64,000 bases of DNA from Armatimonadota bacterium (lineage in GTDB: Bacteria; Armatimonadota; UBA5829): NCBI GenBank assembly GCA_039679645.1, contig JBDKUO010000067.1, forward strand, positions 28,208 through 92,207. The letters are read 5' to 3'. Below are positions 8,869 through 18,127 of the stretch, one piece after another; position 1 is the stretch's first letter, and every line of letters starts with the position of its first letter. Below the pieces are notes generated by a model. The model did no database searches and was not told the origin of the DNA. It saw only the letters and a list, made by a program, of their open reading frames with translations. A program made the translations under genes and the position numbers.

Positions 8869-11800
8869 ATGGTGGAGGCGGGATTCGACAATGTAAGAGA
8901 GTACTACCAGATCGTAACCGACATCGACATCGGGCTTGTCGCAAGGGAGCTTCTTGCCGGACGGATCACCCAGCAGTCCGAGAAGCTGCTTCAGTGCGAC
9001 TGCCCGAACCACAAGAGCCAGTCCCATCGTTCTCTGCATATACAAATCGACAAACAGTGCTGGTTCTGCTTTGGCTGTGGAATCGGCGGCGACGTGCTGC
9101 AGCTTGCCGAGTTCGTGCAGTCCGGGCGCATCACTGTGGGTGTGACCGGTCCAATGCCTGAGTCTCACCGGCAGGCGCGGGACTACCTTGCCGAAAAAGC
9201 CGGACTTCCACCGCTCGCAAACTACGGACTCTCGCCGGAAAAGATAGCCCAGACCGAGGCCGCCCGCGCGTTCGGGCTTCGTGTCCAGTCTGCGCTCACG
9301 GCTGTCGCCCGCTATTATAACGAACGTCTGAAAGCATCACCCAAGGTGCTGGAGTGGTTCACGCGGCACTATGGCATATCGCTTGAGACAATAGACTCGC
9401 TTCTCATTGGGTATTCTGACGGGACGCCATATACTGACGGCCAGGGCGGTAAGCATCCAGGAATAATATCCGCGCTCACCAGTGGTGATGACCCATTTAC
9501 ATTTCGGGAACTCGCTGCGACCGGCGCTTTCAATCCGACCAGCAATGACGATCTGGTTCCCGCATTCAATAATCGGATCACATTTCCTTACTGGAGCCGT
9601 GGGCGCGTTGTATTTATGATAGGGCGCAAGACTCCATGGACGCCGGAGAGTAATTGGGAGCAGGGCAAGTACAAGAAGCTCAAGTGCCGCGACGAACACT
9701 CCCGCAAGCACATAGCACCGTGCATCAGCAACAGCTTTCTCTACAACGAGGACTGTCTGACGGCGCGGCCGGAGCGCGTAATCATCACCGAGGGTGTGAC
9801 TGACTGTATTTCCCTGATGGAGCGCGATTTCGCCACGGTTTCTCCGGTCACTGTCCAGATAAAGGAGGACGACTGGAAACGGATACTGCCGAAACTCGCG
9901 GGAGTAAAGACGGTCTACATCTGCCAGGACAATGAAGTGTCTGAGGTCGGCCTGAAAGGATCGCTCCGCACGGCGCGTCATCTTGCTTCAGCCGGAATAG
10001 AGACTCGCTTGGTGGTCCTTCCGCTTGAAGAAAAGCACACGACGGCACGCAGCGCCCTGAAGGAGCGGTTCGGTCTGGACTCGGCTGTCGGTCCTCGCGA
10101 GCTTGCAAAGCGCCTTGCCGGGAAGCCGCCGGAGCAGGTCAAGGAAGCCGAGGGTCTGTTCGCCGATGCCAAAGTGGATGTCAATGAGTTCTTTGTCGCC
10201 GGTCATTCAGCGGAGGACTTCGAGTCCCTGCTTGCATCCGCGGTCACGCCGCTCGAATATAGCATCGATAGGATTCCATCGGGGCTACCGGAAACCGAGC
10301 GCAACCGGCTCCTTACCCCAATCCTGTGTGAAGTGGCGGATCTGCCACCACTGGATCAGTCTCGAGAACTGCGGCGAATAGTCGAACGCTGCGGCAGAGA
10401 CGGGCTGTCGATCGGGGTCCTAAAAGAACAGATGAAGGCTCTGCAAAAAGACAAGCAGGCACGGCTGCGCCAGGAGCGCAGGCAAGAGAAGCGGATAAGC
10501 ACCGCCCCAGCAGGTTCCTGCAGGGCGTGTGTTGAACAGGTTTTGCTGGATTCCGAAGCCGAAACGGGAAGCGCCGATTATTCCAAGGCTGCAGAGGCGA
10601 CGTATGATTGGTTTATGTCTCATGGCGCGCGCTTTTTCAAGACTCGTCACGGTGAACCATTCATGTTCTATGATGATGTCATGCTTTGGATGGACTCGTC
10701 CGAGCGGGCGCGCAAACGCGTGTATTCTTCTGTTATTTTCAACGCGACCGGCCTGGTGTCAGCTACCACTGGCGGGCGCATCTTCTTGGAAGTGCTTGCC
10801 AATCTTGCCGCTATTCGCGGTGAGGTTCGGGATCAGTTGTCCTGGCTGCACACCGATGTTGCCAATAACACAGTGTATTTCAACCTGAACAACGAGCGCC
10901 GCGAGATCGCTAAGATAACGCCCGATGGTGTAGAAATAATGAAGAATGGGAGTAACACTGACGGGATTATTCTGGAAGCGTCCGACAAAATCGACCCGAT
11001 AACTTTTATTCCAGATATGGACAACGACGAGGCAGACCGACTTATCATGGAATTGGTGGGCGAGAATCTCACCTGCTCGCCGTCGAACAGGTTCCTTATA
11101 CTTGCCTGGCTTTCCTGTTTCTTGCTTATCGACTTTGCAGGCACACGTCCCATGATTCGGTTCGAGGGCAGTTCGGCGTCGGGCAAGACATCGGCCGCCA
11201 AGCTTATAACTGCCCTTTTGTACGGCCAGCCGCAGCAAAAGAAGGCCACTGATGCTGCCAATTACTCTGATGCTGCACGCAACCCGTTGATTTCACTCGA
11301 TAATGTGGAGTCCAATGATGTAACGGAGGATTTCGTGAACTTCTTGCTCACTAGTATCACTGGGATTGCCAAGGAAAAACGCAAGGCAGGTTCGGATACC
11401 GAGACAGTGATAGAGCGTCCGCGCTGTCTGATAAACACGACCGGCATAGAACCGCTTGCGACCGACCTGACAGAGATTCTTTCACGCTCATTCATCCTGA
11501 AGTTCGAACTCGGAGAAGCGACAGGCAATTGTTTTCTTGAGGCCAAGGTACTCGCGAAAATCCGGCAACACAGAGACGAGATGCTTTCAGTCATAATGAA
11601 ACGCACGAGTTGGGTCTTGAGAATGCTTCAGGATGGTGGTCAGGAACGGGTAATGACATTGCTTCACCGAAACCTGGGAAACCACAGCAAACGGCGCTGC
11701 AACGACTATTTGAGCTTGATGTATCTGATGGGTATTGCCGGAATGCCGGAGGCGGACGTCAAGGTCGCGATGGAATCCATAGACTCCAGGTTTGCGGACA

Positions 11801-12204
11801 TAGTAACGTCTCTAAACGCCATAACGGAAGATGCTGCCCGGGATTCCAACCCAATCGCAACCGCACTTGTGGGCCTGTTTAAAGCATACGCAAGCGCAGT
11901 ACGGGCTGACGAGCAGTCTTACGGGTTTCCGCCGTCGCGGTCTGCGAAAACCGTGTTTCTGGAGCGCTATCAGATCGAGTTTGCCGATGAGAATTCGCTC
12001 AAGGGAGTGCTTGCCAGAGATTTGTTCATCGCCTTGAAGCGCGTTGCCAAGGAATATGGTCTTGCTTTCAATATGATCTCGGTGCAGCAGTTCGCTCAGC
12101 GGTTTGCCAACGATATGGACACGGTACGGACAGCAGGCTTTGAGATAACCGTGAATCAGCTTGCGCATAGGGTGAGGACGTATGATATTGCGCTATTGCG
12201 TTAA
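8869..12204 (+). CDS. DNA primase (CHC2 zinc finger + TOPRIM) fused to C-terminal P-loop NTPase, primase-helicase-like replication protein
   Basis: CPNHKSQSHRSLHIQIDKQCWFCFGCGIGGDVLQLAE (DnaG-type CHC2 Zn finger); TOPRIM IITEGVTDCISLMER...YICQDNEVSEVG; Walker A GSSASGKTSAAK near residue 770. Confidence 0.8.
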   Translation: MVEAGFDNVREYYQIVTDIDIGLVARELLAGRITQQSEKLLQCDCPNHKSQSHRSLHIQIDKQCWFCFGCGIGGDVLQLAEFVQSGRITVGVTGPMPESHRQARDYLAEKAGLPPLANYGLSPEKIAQTEAARAFGLRVQSALTAVARYYNERLKASPKVLEWFTRHYGISLETIDSLLIGYSDGTPYTDGQGGKHPGIISALTSGDDPFTFRELAATGAFNPTSNDDLVPAFNNRITFPYWSRGRVVFMIGRKTPWTPESNWEQGKYKKLKCRDEHSRKHIAPCISNSFLYNEDCLTARPERVIITEGVTDCISLMERDFATVSPVTVQIKEDDWKRILPKLAGVKTVYICQDNEVSEVGLKGSLRTARHLASAGIETRLVVLPLEEKHTTARSALKERFGLDSAVGPRELAKRLAGKPPEQVKEAEGLFADAKVDVNEFFVAGHSAEDFESLLASAVTPLEYSIDRIPSGLPETERNRLLTPILCEVADLPPLDQSRELRRIVERCGRDGLSIGVLKEQMKALQKDKQARLRQERRQEKRISTAPAGSCRACVEQVLLDSEAETGSADYSKAAEATYDWFMSHGARFFKTRHGEPFMFYDDVMLWMDSSERARKRVYSSVIFNATGLVSATTGGRIFLEVLANLAAIRGEVRDQLSWLHTDVANNTVYFNLNNERREIAKITPDGVEIMKNGSNTDGIILEASDKIDPITFIPDMDNDEADRLIMELVGENLTCSPSNRFLILAWLSCFLLIDFAGTRPMIRFEGSSASGKTSAAKLITALLYGQPQQKKATDAANYSDAARNPLISLDNVESNDVTEDFVNFLLTSITGIAKEKRKAGSDTETVIERPRCLINTTGIEPLATDLTEILSRSFILKFELGEATGNCFLEAKVLAKIRQHRDEMLSVIMKRTSWVLRMLQDGGQERVMTLLHRNLGNHSKRRCNDYLSLMYLMGIAGMPEADVKVAMESIDSRFADIVTSLNAITEDAARDSNPIATALVGLFKAYASAVRADEQSYGFPPSRSAKTVFLERYQIEFADENSLKGVLARDLFIALKRVAKEYGLAFNMISVQQFAQRFANDMDTVRTAGFEITVNQLAHRVRTYDIALLR

Positions 12205-12275
12205 TGTTGCTCTGGACATCCCAGGGCAGAATTGGTGCCATTCCGACCTTTTCAAATGAAAGCTCTCTTCTATAC

Positions 12276-15098
12276 CTAGAAGCGATTACGGCGGTTAAAT
12301 GTGCCTTTTACCCACGAAATGTCCTCAAGATCTTTCCAAAGCCATTCGTAGGCGATGTCGGTTGCCGGCCTAGCGCCAAAGACCTTCAATATCTCTTGAT
12401 GCGAAGAGGCACGAAGCCAGTCTATTCCAGGGCGATTCTTCTGAATACTGCCTCTTATCGCTTCGTGATTGCTAAACGGATGTGAAGGCCGAGGCCCGTA
12501 GTCAATGCAAACCTGATTGTCATCACCTTCAGGCAAAGCTTCGAAATGCCAAGATAGGACGGGAGAGCCTTCGAACCCTTTGCCAAGGCGAGGGGCGTTT
12601 AAAATCCCCACTAAGCGCATTGGCATAAGAACATAGGACTTGAGGCGACTGGAAAACATTGGAAACCATTGCTCAACGATCATCTTGTACATTTCTAGAG
12701 CTGCTGTGTACACCTGTCTAGTACGCTTCAAGAGTGCTTCCTCGCTGTAGAATTGCCAAGGATAACCAGTAATAATCTTGCTTTCAGGAATTAGGTCGGG
12801 ACCTTGCCAAGGAGCATTTATTTGAGTCTTACCTAGGCCACGCAAACGAGCAACCTCTGATTTGAGAGGTTCTATTATATGGGGAACATTCATTGAGCCC
12901 AAAACGACCATTTTGTGGCCAGAATCACGTGTCGTGCAAATCCAAGTTTCTATATCTGACAGTTCTCTTTCAATATCCGATAGCGATATGGGCTGCTCCA
13001 ACCCCTTATAGGAGGCACACAAATTGGCTGCAGTATCCCAAGCTGCTTCATATGCCATAGGGCCTATTACAACCGGCAGCTTCCTTGCCTGTAATATTTC
13101 CGCCAGTTTTTCCACAAGCTCATCGTATGTCCATCGCCACGCCCAAGTCGGCTGGTCGCTTGTGCTCGAACATGTTATTGACTGATAACCTTTGGGCATC
13201 GATTCAGAAAACAATGCTTTAGTGTCCGCCTCAAACACATACTCAGATATGTCATTGCCGCAATACCATCCAACAGTCAGCATATCGTTGTCAGTACAAA
13301 TGCCAACACGATAGACAATGCCCTTTTCATTTACAGGGGCAACCAATTTTGCCAATCCTCCCAGGCCGTTTGCCCACGCCTGCATAGCTGTTCGTATTCT
13401 CTTGCCGCACTCAATTGGCGGAGGCAGCTTGGCAGTTCTGAACCCGTCCCGTTCGGCGACCCCGTTTCGAACGATTGCTGCTGCTAAACGAGGATGTTTC
13501 TCAGCAATCGAAACGAGATAATGTGATGCGGTATCGTTGTCCGCAGACGCGGTCAATACGGTTAGAGGCGCTTGCCAATTATCTACGCTGGTGCTGTCGG
13601 ACAAATCTTCGGGTGATATCCTCCTTTGAGCGAGAGCCTGGAAAGCAAACCAGTCGTGAAACAGAGGCAATGCAAAGCCAAGCATTCCTGAATCTTCAAC
13701 GACTAGGCGAGAATCAAGCAGAGGCTGAATTTGAGTAAGGCTGCCAAACTCTGCGGCAGGTATTCGCCCGTTTCGTTTTACGCATTCACAGCCAAGCCGT
13801 GACAGAAGATGGAGCGCTTCTCCCAAATCTGCGCTAACGCCGCGTAATGCACGTTTCACTACAAAAGAAATCATTTCGCCTTCTGACTTTGGCTGCATGA
13901 TATTATTATTTCGTATGAATGTACCAAGAAGAAGGGCAAAAAGTGGAAAATGCACGGCATCTCGCACTGATTTATCGAGACCGTAAAGATTGTGTTCATG
14001 ATATTCCCAGTCAACGCATCTATTGATCAGTGCTGCGGCTTCATCATCGGTTAAAGGTGGTACGTCGACCCTGGCTTCCTCTTCCGTCAGATGTTTTAAC
14101 TCTGGGATTGTTGAACGGCTCGTCATAATGATTTGAGAGTCTGACCACATCAGGCTCATTTCTCTAGCCGCATCAATAAGTCGGATGGCAGTATCGTTGC
14201 CGCATTCGTCCAGACCATCAAGAATAAGCGAAATACCAGAGATTCCAGGTTCTCCCAGACCTCTTGAAAAATCGCGGACGGCGGCCTTAAGATCGATTGC
14301 AGCTGTTTTCAATGCAGCCTCGGTGAGATAGATTGGAATTGGGGCGTTCGGATCACTTATGGCGGCATTTACTGCAACTTGATGCAAACGTTCTGCAACT
14401 AGCGATTTTCCAGATCCAATATCACCTGTGATAATAATCCGCTTGTCTTGCATGTGTTTGTACAACCACGGGCCTGGAAGCCCAAAGCTAACATCATCAA
14501 TCCATAGCTTAGCTTGTTCTTCTGGCAATCCTGTTGCAATCAACCTTCTTACACACCGAGCATGAGATGCGCTCAGCAAATCATTTAAGGTCCTATTTCT
14601 GAGATCGATGTCAATTCCACTGCGCTTTTCGTTTTCCATATCCAAGAGTGCTTTGCAAACTGCTCTTACAAGCTCATCTGGGCTATTGAACGTTGCACGT
14701 ATTTGCTCGTTTTCCACGCGTGCTCTGAGCTGTTTTAGCTTTGCTTGCTTTTCGATGTTATTCTCCATCAGATTAGCAGGCACTAAGAAATCATTTGGAG
14801 CCAAGAACATTAGACGCGGCTTCTTCAATTCAACAGCGGTGTTGTACTCTCGTTCGGTATATGATTGTCCATTGGAAAAGCAGCTTCCATATACATGGCC
14901 AATTATTCCTACGAAGATATCGGACTCAGCTACTTTAGCCCTGCAGAATTCATCCGAATCCCGATCACGTGCATTAAATTTCTCCATGCAAATGCACTTA
15001 TAGCTGTCCAAACCATCGAAGAACTCTATGAGCTTCTTGCGGTGTTCCTGCAAGTCCTTAAATGTAGAACTCAGGAAGACAGTCGTGATTTCAGACAC
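12276..15098 (-). CDS. DUF4062 (TIR-like) - NACHT NTPase - C-terminal sensor-like domain protein; candidate STAND/NLR-like antiphage defence gene
   Basis: N-terminus VFLSSTFKDLQEHRKKLIEFF (DUF4062-like); Walker A ITGDIGSGKS; NACHT-type Walker B ILDGLDECGN; ~500-aa C-terminal region; visibly AT-richer than flanks; opposite strand to flanking phage operons. Confidence 0.6.
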   Translation of the reverse strand: MSEITTVFLSSTFKDLQEHRKKLIEFFDGLDSYKCICMEKFNARDRDSDEFCRAKVAESDIFVGIIGHVYGSCFSNGQSYTEREYNTAVELKKPRLMFLAPNDFLVPANLMENNIEKQAKLKQLRARVENEQIRATFNSPDELVRAVCKALLDMENEKRSGIDIDLRNRTLNDLLSASHARCVRRLIATGLPEEQAKLWIDDVSFGLPGPWLYKHMQDKRIIITGDIGSGKSLVAERLHQVAVNAAISDPNAPIPIYLTEAALKTAAIDLKAAVRDFSRGLGEPGISGISLILDGLDECGNDTAIRLIDAAREMSLMWSDSQIIMTSRSTIPELKHLTEEEARVDVPPLTDDEAAALINRCVDWEYHEHNLYGLDKSVRDAVHFPLFALLLGTFIRNNNIMQPKSEGEMISFVVKRALRGVSADLGEALHLLSRLGCECVKRNGRIPAAEFGSLTQIQPLLDSRLVVEDSGMLGFALPLFHDWFAFQALAQRRISPEDLSDSTSVDNWQAPLTVLTASADNDTASHYLVSIAEKHPRLAAAIVRNGVAERDGFRTAKLPPPIECGKRIRTAMQAWANGLGGLAKLVAPVNEKGIVYRVGICTDNDMLTVGWYCGNDISEYVFEADTKALFSESMPKGYQSITCSSTSDQPTWAWRWTYDELVEKLAEILQARKLPVVIGPMAYEAAWDTAANLCASYKGLEQPISLSDIERELSDIETWICTTRDSGHKMVVLGSMNVPHIIEPLKSEVARLRGLGKTQINAPWQGPDLIPESKIITGYPWQFYSEEALLKRTRQVYTAALEMYKMIVEQWFPMFSSRLKSYVLMPMRLVGILNAPRLGKGFEGSPVLSWHFEALPEGDDNQVCIDYGPRPSHPFSNHEAIRGSIQKNRPGIDWLRASSHQEILKVFGARPATDIAYEWLWKDLEDISWVKGTFNRRNRF

Positions 15099-15264
15099 AG
15101 TGGCACCTCAGCGCGTTTCAAGTCTCTGGCGCGATTATACTCCTTGTTTACGTTAATTGTAAAAGTGAGTATAAAACCAGGTGGACGAATCAGATGATTC
15201 GTGTAGTCTGGTACCGTTAGCATTGGTCTGACGGTCTGCACGAGTTTCGGACATATAACTCGAT

Positions 15265-15615
15265 GATGACCTTTCACCTGGATACGATAAGTTACGCAAG
15301 GTCCAAAACACACCTTTCACCCTCCGAATTCCAGGGATTTCACGCTCAAATCCGGTCCAAAACCGGCCGCGCGGTGAAAGGGTGAAAGGTTTCCGGCATG
15401 TCCGCCCCCATGTTTTTTCATGCATGTATATTACACGCATGTAATCCACTCACGCGCATGCGTGCGCACATGTATCATACATGCACGCGCGCGCATACAC
15501 ACGTATACATATATAACCTTTCACCCTTTCACCTTTATATAGTTATAAGATAAGAAATCAATCTCAAATAGAGTTAAATAGACCATGTGAAAGGGTCCGG
15601 TGAAAGGTCTGTTCA
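15265..15615. repeat. Repeat-rich non-coding region: GGTGAAAGG direct/inverted repeats flanking a ~110-bp alternating purine-pyrimidine tract
   Basis: GGTGAAAGGGTGAAAGG at 15373-15389; inverse copy CCTTTCACCCTTTCACCTTT at 15527-15546; half sites at 15271, 15314, 15588-15608; CA/CG/TG alternation 15410-15520 (catgcatgtatattacacgcatg...cacgcgcgcgcatacacacgtatacatatata). Confidence 0.6.
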
Positions 15616-15668
15616 AGACTCAAGAGCATTCACCCATTCACCTCCGCTGATTGATTTCCCAAGGAAAC

Positions 15669-15707
15669 CCCGACACTTTCTGGTTTCCAGGAGTACATAT
15701 CAATTGG
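15669..15707 (+). promoter_or_regulatory. Conserved phage promoter-like motif, copy 2
   Basis: ccgacactttctggtttccaggagtacatatcaattggg, 26 nt upstream of GTG start at 15733. Confidence 0.6.
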
Positions 15708-15732
15708 GGGACATTTCCAGCGGAGGTATACT

Positions 15733-16566
15733 GTGAGCTTGCTGAATTGCTTGCCGCCAGTCGAACAAGCAAGTCGACCAGAGACCATAAATGCAGACTC
15801 TACAAATTCAGTTTTCAAGGGCCGCGACGCTCCGAACCCCTTCGCACGCGACATTCTGTTTGTCGCCACCAACCTCGATTCCTGGGCGGCCGATGATATC
15901 CGGTTCGGGCATGAAGTTATGCTCGATGTCTGCTACCGCCAGTTCGACGCGTCCTATTATGCCTGGCTGCGCGACAAGATGACCCAGGTGAAACAGGCGC
16001 ATGATTCAGGCAAGATGAAGCCCGAACTCTTCCAGGGACTCCGCTATCAGTTCAACACTATCCACGAATGGGCCGTAAAGCATATTGGCGAGGAAGCTCT
16101 ACTTCAGGCTGTGCAGACCACGAGCGCGAAATCCTTTGTCCCTCCGTCCGAGCGGACATTTACCGCCTACCGAAAGGCACAAGATGATGCATGGGAGGCA
16201 CATCAGCGGCAGACAGCGCAGAGTGGTTCCTCCCAATCCGAGCAAGCTCAAAAACTGGAATACGTGCTTGCAACTCGGGGTTACGCCTGCATCAAATCTT
16301 CCATAGTTGAAGACATTGTGGTGTTCGTCCGCGACGACTCGGTAGTCGTGCCTGATAAGTGGACCGATAAAGTTCGTTTCATGATGGACGAGTTGAGCCT
16401 GATGATAGGTTCCTCGTCGGAAGCCGTTAAGCAGATTTACGAGGTCAAGCACGTGTTTGGTGGAAAAGTAGTGCCTGCGGGCGACGACCCGTTCGGAAGC
16501 GATACTCAATCGACAGTATCGGCGGCTCAGCAGACGTTATTTCCGGCTGCGGCAGGTACAAAATGA
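15733..16566 (+). CDS. Hypothetical protein (277 aa) preceding small terminase
   Basis: ORF with RBS ggagg upstream; no recognisable motifs. Confidence 0.4.
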   Translation: MSLLNCLPPVEQASRPETINADSTNSVFKGRDAPNPFARDILFVATNLDSWAADDIRFGHEVMLDVCYRQFDASYYAWLRDKMTQVKQAHDSGKMKPELFQGLRYQFNTIHEWAVKHIGEEALLQAVQTTSAKSFVPPSERTFTAYRKAQDDAWEAHQRQTAQSGSSQSEQAQKLEYVLATRGYACIKSSIVEDIVVFVRDDSVVVPDKWTDKVRFMMDELSLMIGSSSEAVKQIYEVKHVFGGKVVPAGDDPFGSDTQSTVSAAQQTLFPAAAGTK

Positions 16567-16569
16567 GGC

Positions 16570-17145
16570 TTGATGCGCCTCTCTCGCCCGACTCCGACTT
16601 GCCGTAACAACATAAGCGATAGGAACACACTGATGACTAACGACAAGCAAATCGAACAGACTGAGACTGAGGTCGGCGTCAGAGATCACGACGGAATGGA
16701 CCGTTGGAAAAGGAATGCCGAGCCTATAAATAAGGGCGGCGCTCCCGAAGGCAACACCAATGCGCTGAAGCACGGCATCTACGCGGACCGGTTCCTTACG
16801 CCGGAGGAGAAACCCATCTTCGAGGCAATCATAGCGCAGCTTTACGAGGACTTTGTGTTCAACAAAAGCTCGGACTTCATTCAAGTCGAACTGGTGGCCG
16901 TATACTTCCTTAAGCTGGGCCGCGCGCAGGAGGCTGGCGACTGGGACGCCGCCGAAAGGCTCGACCGGATGATCCGATGCCACATGAAAGACCTGAAGAC
17001 GACTAAGATCAGCCGCGAGGGAGCAGATGCTCGAGGTGACGAGACCACGCCTGCCGAATGGGCGACTGCACTCTTGGAGAAGTACGCCGAGGCCGAGAAA
17101 GCAAAAGCCGATAATCCCACTCCTGATTCGGAAGAAGCGAAATAG
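16570..17145 (+). CDS. Terminase small subunit (true start possibly ATG 16633)
   Basis: GGAPEGNTNALKHGIYA motif characteristic of a terminase small subunit family; position directly before packaging genes. Confidence 0.55.
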   Translation: MMRLSRPTPTCRNNISDRNTLMTNDKQIEQTETEVGVRDHDGMDRWKRNAEPINKGGAPEGNTNALKHGIYADRFLTPEEKPIFEAIIAQLYEDFVFNKSSDFIQVELVAVYFLKLGRAQEAGDWDAAERLDRMIRCHMKDLKTTKISREGADARGDETTPAEWATALLEKYAEAEKAKADNPTPDSEEAK

Positions 17146-17148
17146 TGA

Positions 17149-17556
17149 CTATTGCGTTGACTTGCGGCTGTTCAGGTACTGTGCGGGTGTGAGTACTAGA
17201 ACGCCGTGCACGGAGGTTCCGAAAAAAACTCCAAAGTGCTGGCAGTCGCCGGTGACGAGGTGCGAACATTGCGCGTGCAGGGCGGCAGCCAAAATGGGAG
17301 CGTCTTTGTCTGCAATGTCTATCTCATCGGGCAGCGATGATTCTGAGATGTTTATAATCGTAATTACGTTGCAGAGTTCTTCCAGGCGAAGCAGGGCGCT
17401 TGGTCTATGCGCGGCAAGGTTGCGGCGTGCTTCTTCCAGTGCCAGACGTGATGTCACTAGTTCGACTTGGTCCAGTGACCACAAGTCCGTAAGGCGTGAG
17501 TCCTGACGATATGCAGCTGAAAAAAGGACGTTGGCGTCCAGAAAGACCTTGTCCAT
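17149..17556 (-). CDS. vapC: PIN-domain toxin (VapC-like)
   Basis: MDKVFLDANVL... acidic residues D7, E42-ish, D98-ish; 135 aa; downstream of AbrB-type antitoxin gene. Confidence 0.7.
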   Translation of the reverse strand: MDKVFLDANVLFSAAYRQDSRLTDLWSLDQVELVTSRLALEEARRNLAAHRPSALLRLEELCNVITIINISESSLPDEIDIADKDAPILAAALHAQCSHLVTGDCQHFGVFFGTSVHGVLVLTPAQYLNSRKSTQ

Positions 17557-17562
17557 ACGACT

Positions 17563-17898
17563 TTACTCCGGCTTTTTGTGAGGTATGTTTTCAGGGTCAA
17601 GGCGCATTCGCTTTACCTCTTCAACAGCCGATGCATAGTCAGCCGAGTCAATCGCATTGGACAAAATGAACTCAGCGATCCTTTCAGGGGAATAGCTCTC
17701 TATGGGAAGCGCAACAGCCGGGCGTATCAGAACGCCGTCGCCGGTTTCTTCGGCAATAACTAGTGAGCCTTCGGTGATCCCGAAGCGCTTCCTCAGCTTT
17801 GCCGGAATAACAACTGTGCCACGTTTGCCGACTTTACTGGTTTCTTGAGTCTGTAGTTTGCTCATAATAACCTGCCGGAATATCAGATATTCTAACAT
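17563..17898 (-). CDS. vapB: AbrB/SpoVT/MazE-type antitoxin (VapB-like); likely start at 17865
   Basis: GTVVIPAKLRKRFGITEGSLVIAEE swapped-hairpin motif; 6 nt upstream of PIN toxin gene. Confidence 0.6.
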   Translation of the reverse strand: MLEYLIFRQVIMSKLQTQETSKVGKRGTVVIPAKLRKRFGITEGSLVIAEETGDGVLIRPAVALPIESYSPERIAEFILSNAIDSADYASAVEEVKRMRLDPENIPHKKPE

Positions 17899-18127
17899 TC
17901 AAATTATACCCCTGAACCGGGCTATTTGCAACAACAATCTTGTGAGGAAGTCTGTGAAAACGCGAAAAACAGTTCAGATAACACCGGCGCGACCCTGTAA
18001 AACCGGGTGAAATCACGCGTGAAAAACAGGGGGACTGCAGACGCAATGTCAGATAACACTCATTATCGGAACAAGCGGCGGCCGGGAAATGCCTCGGTGC
18101 TGAAGTTCTTCCCGGCACGGCGCGAGG

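Noticed and set aside
12204-12485. 93-aa plus-strand ORF overlapping the 3' end of the minus-strand NACHT gene
   Set aside because: Antisense overlap with a strongly supported gene and no coding signal.
15071-15449. ORFs 15071-15313 and 15153-15449 inside the repeat-rich intergenic region
   Set aside because: They are composed of low-complexity alternating repeats and iteron sequences. More likely a regulatory region than coding.
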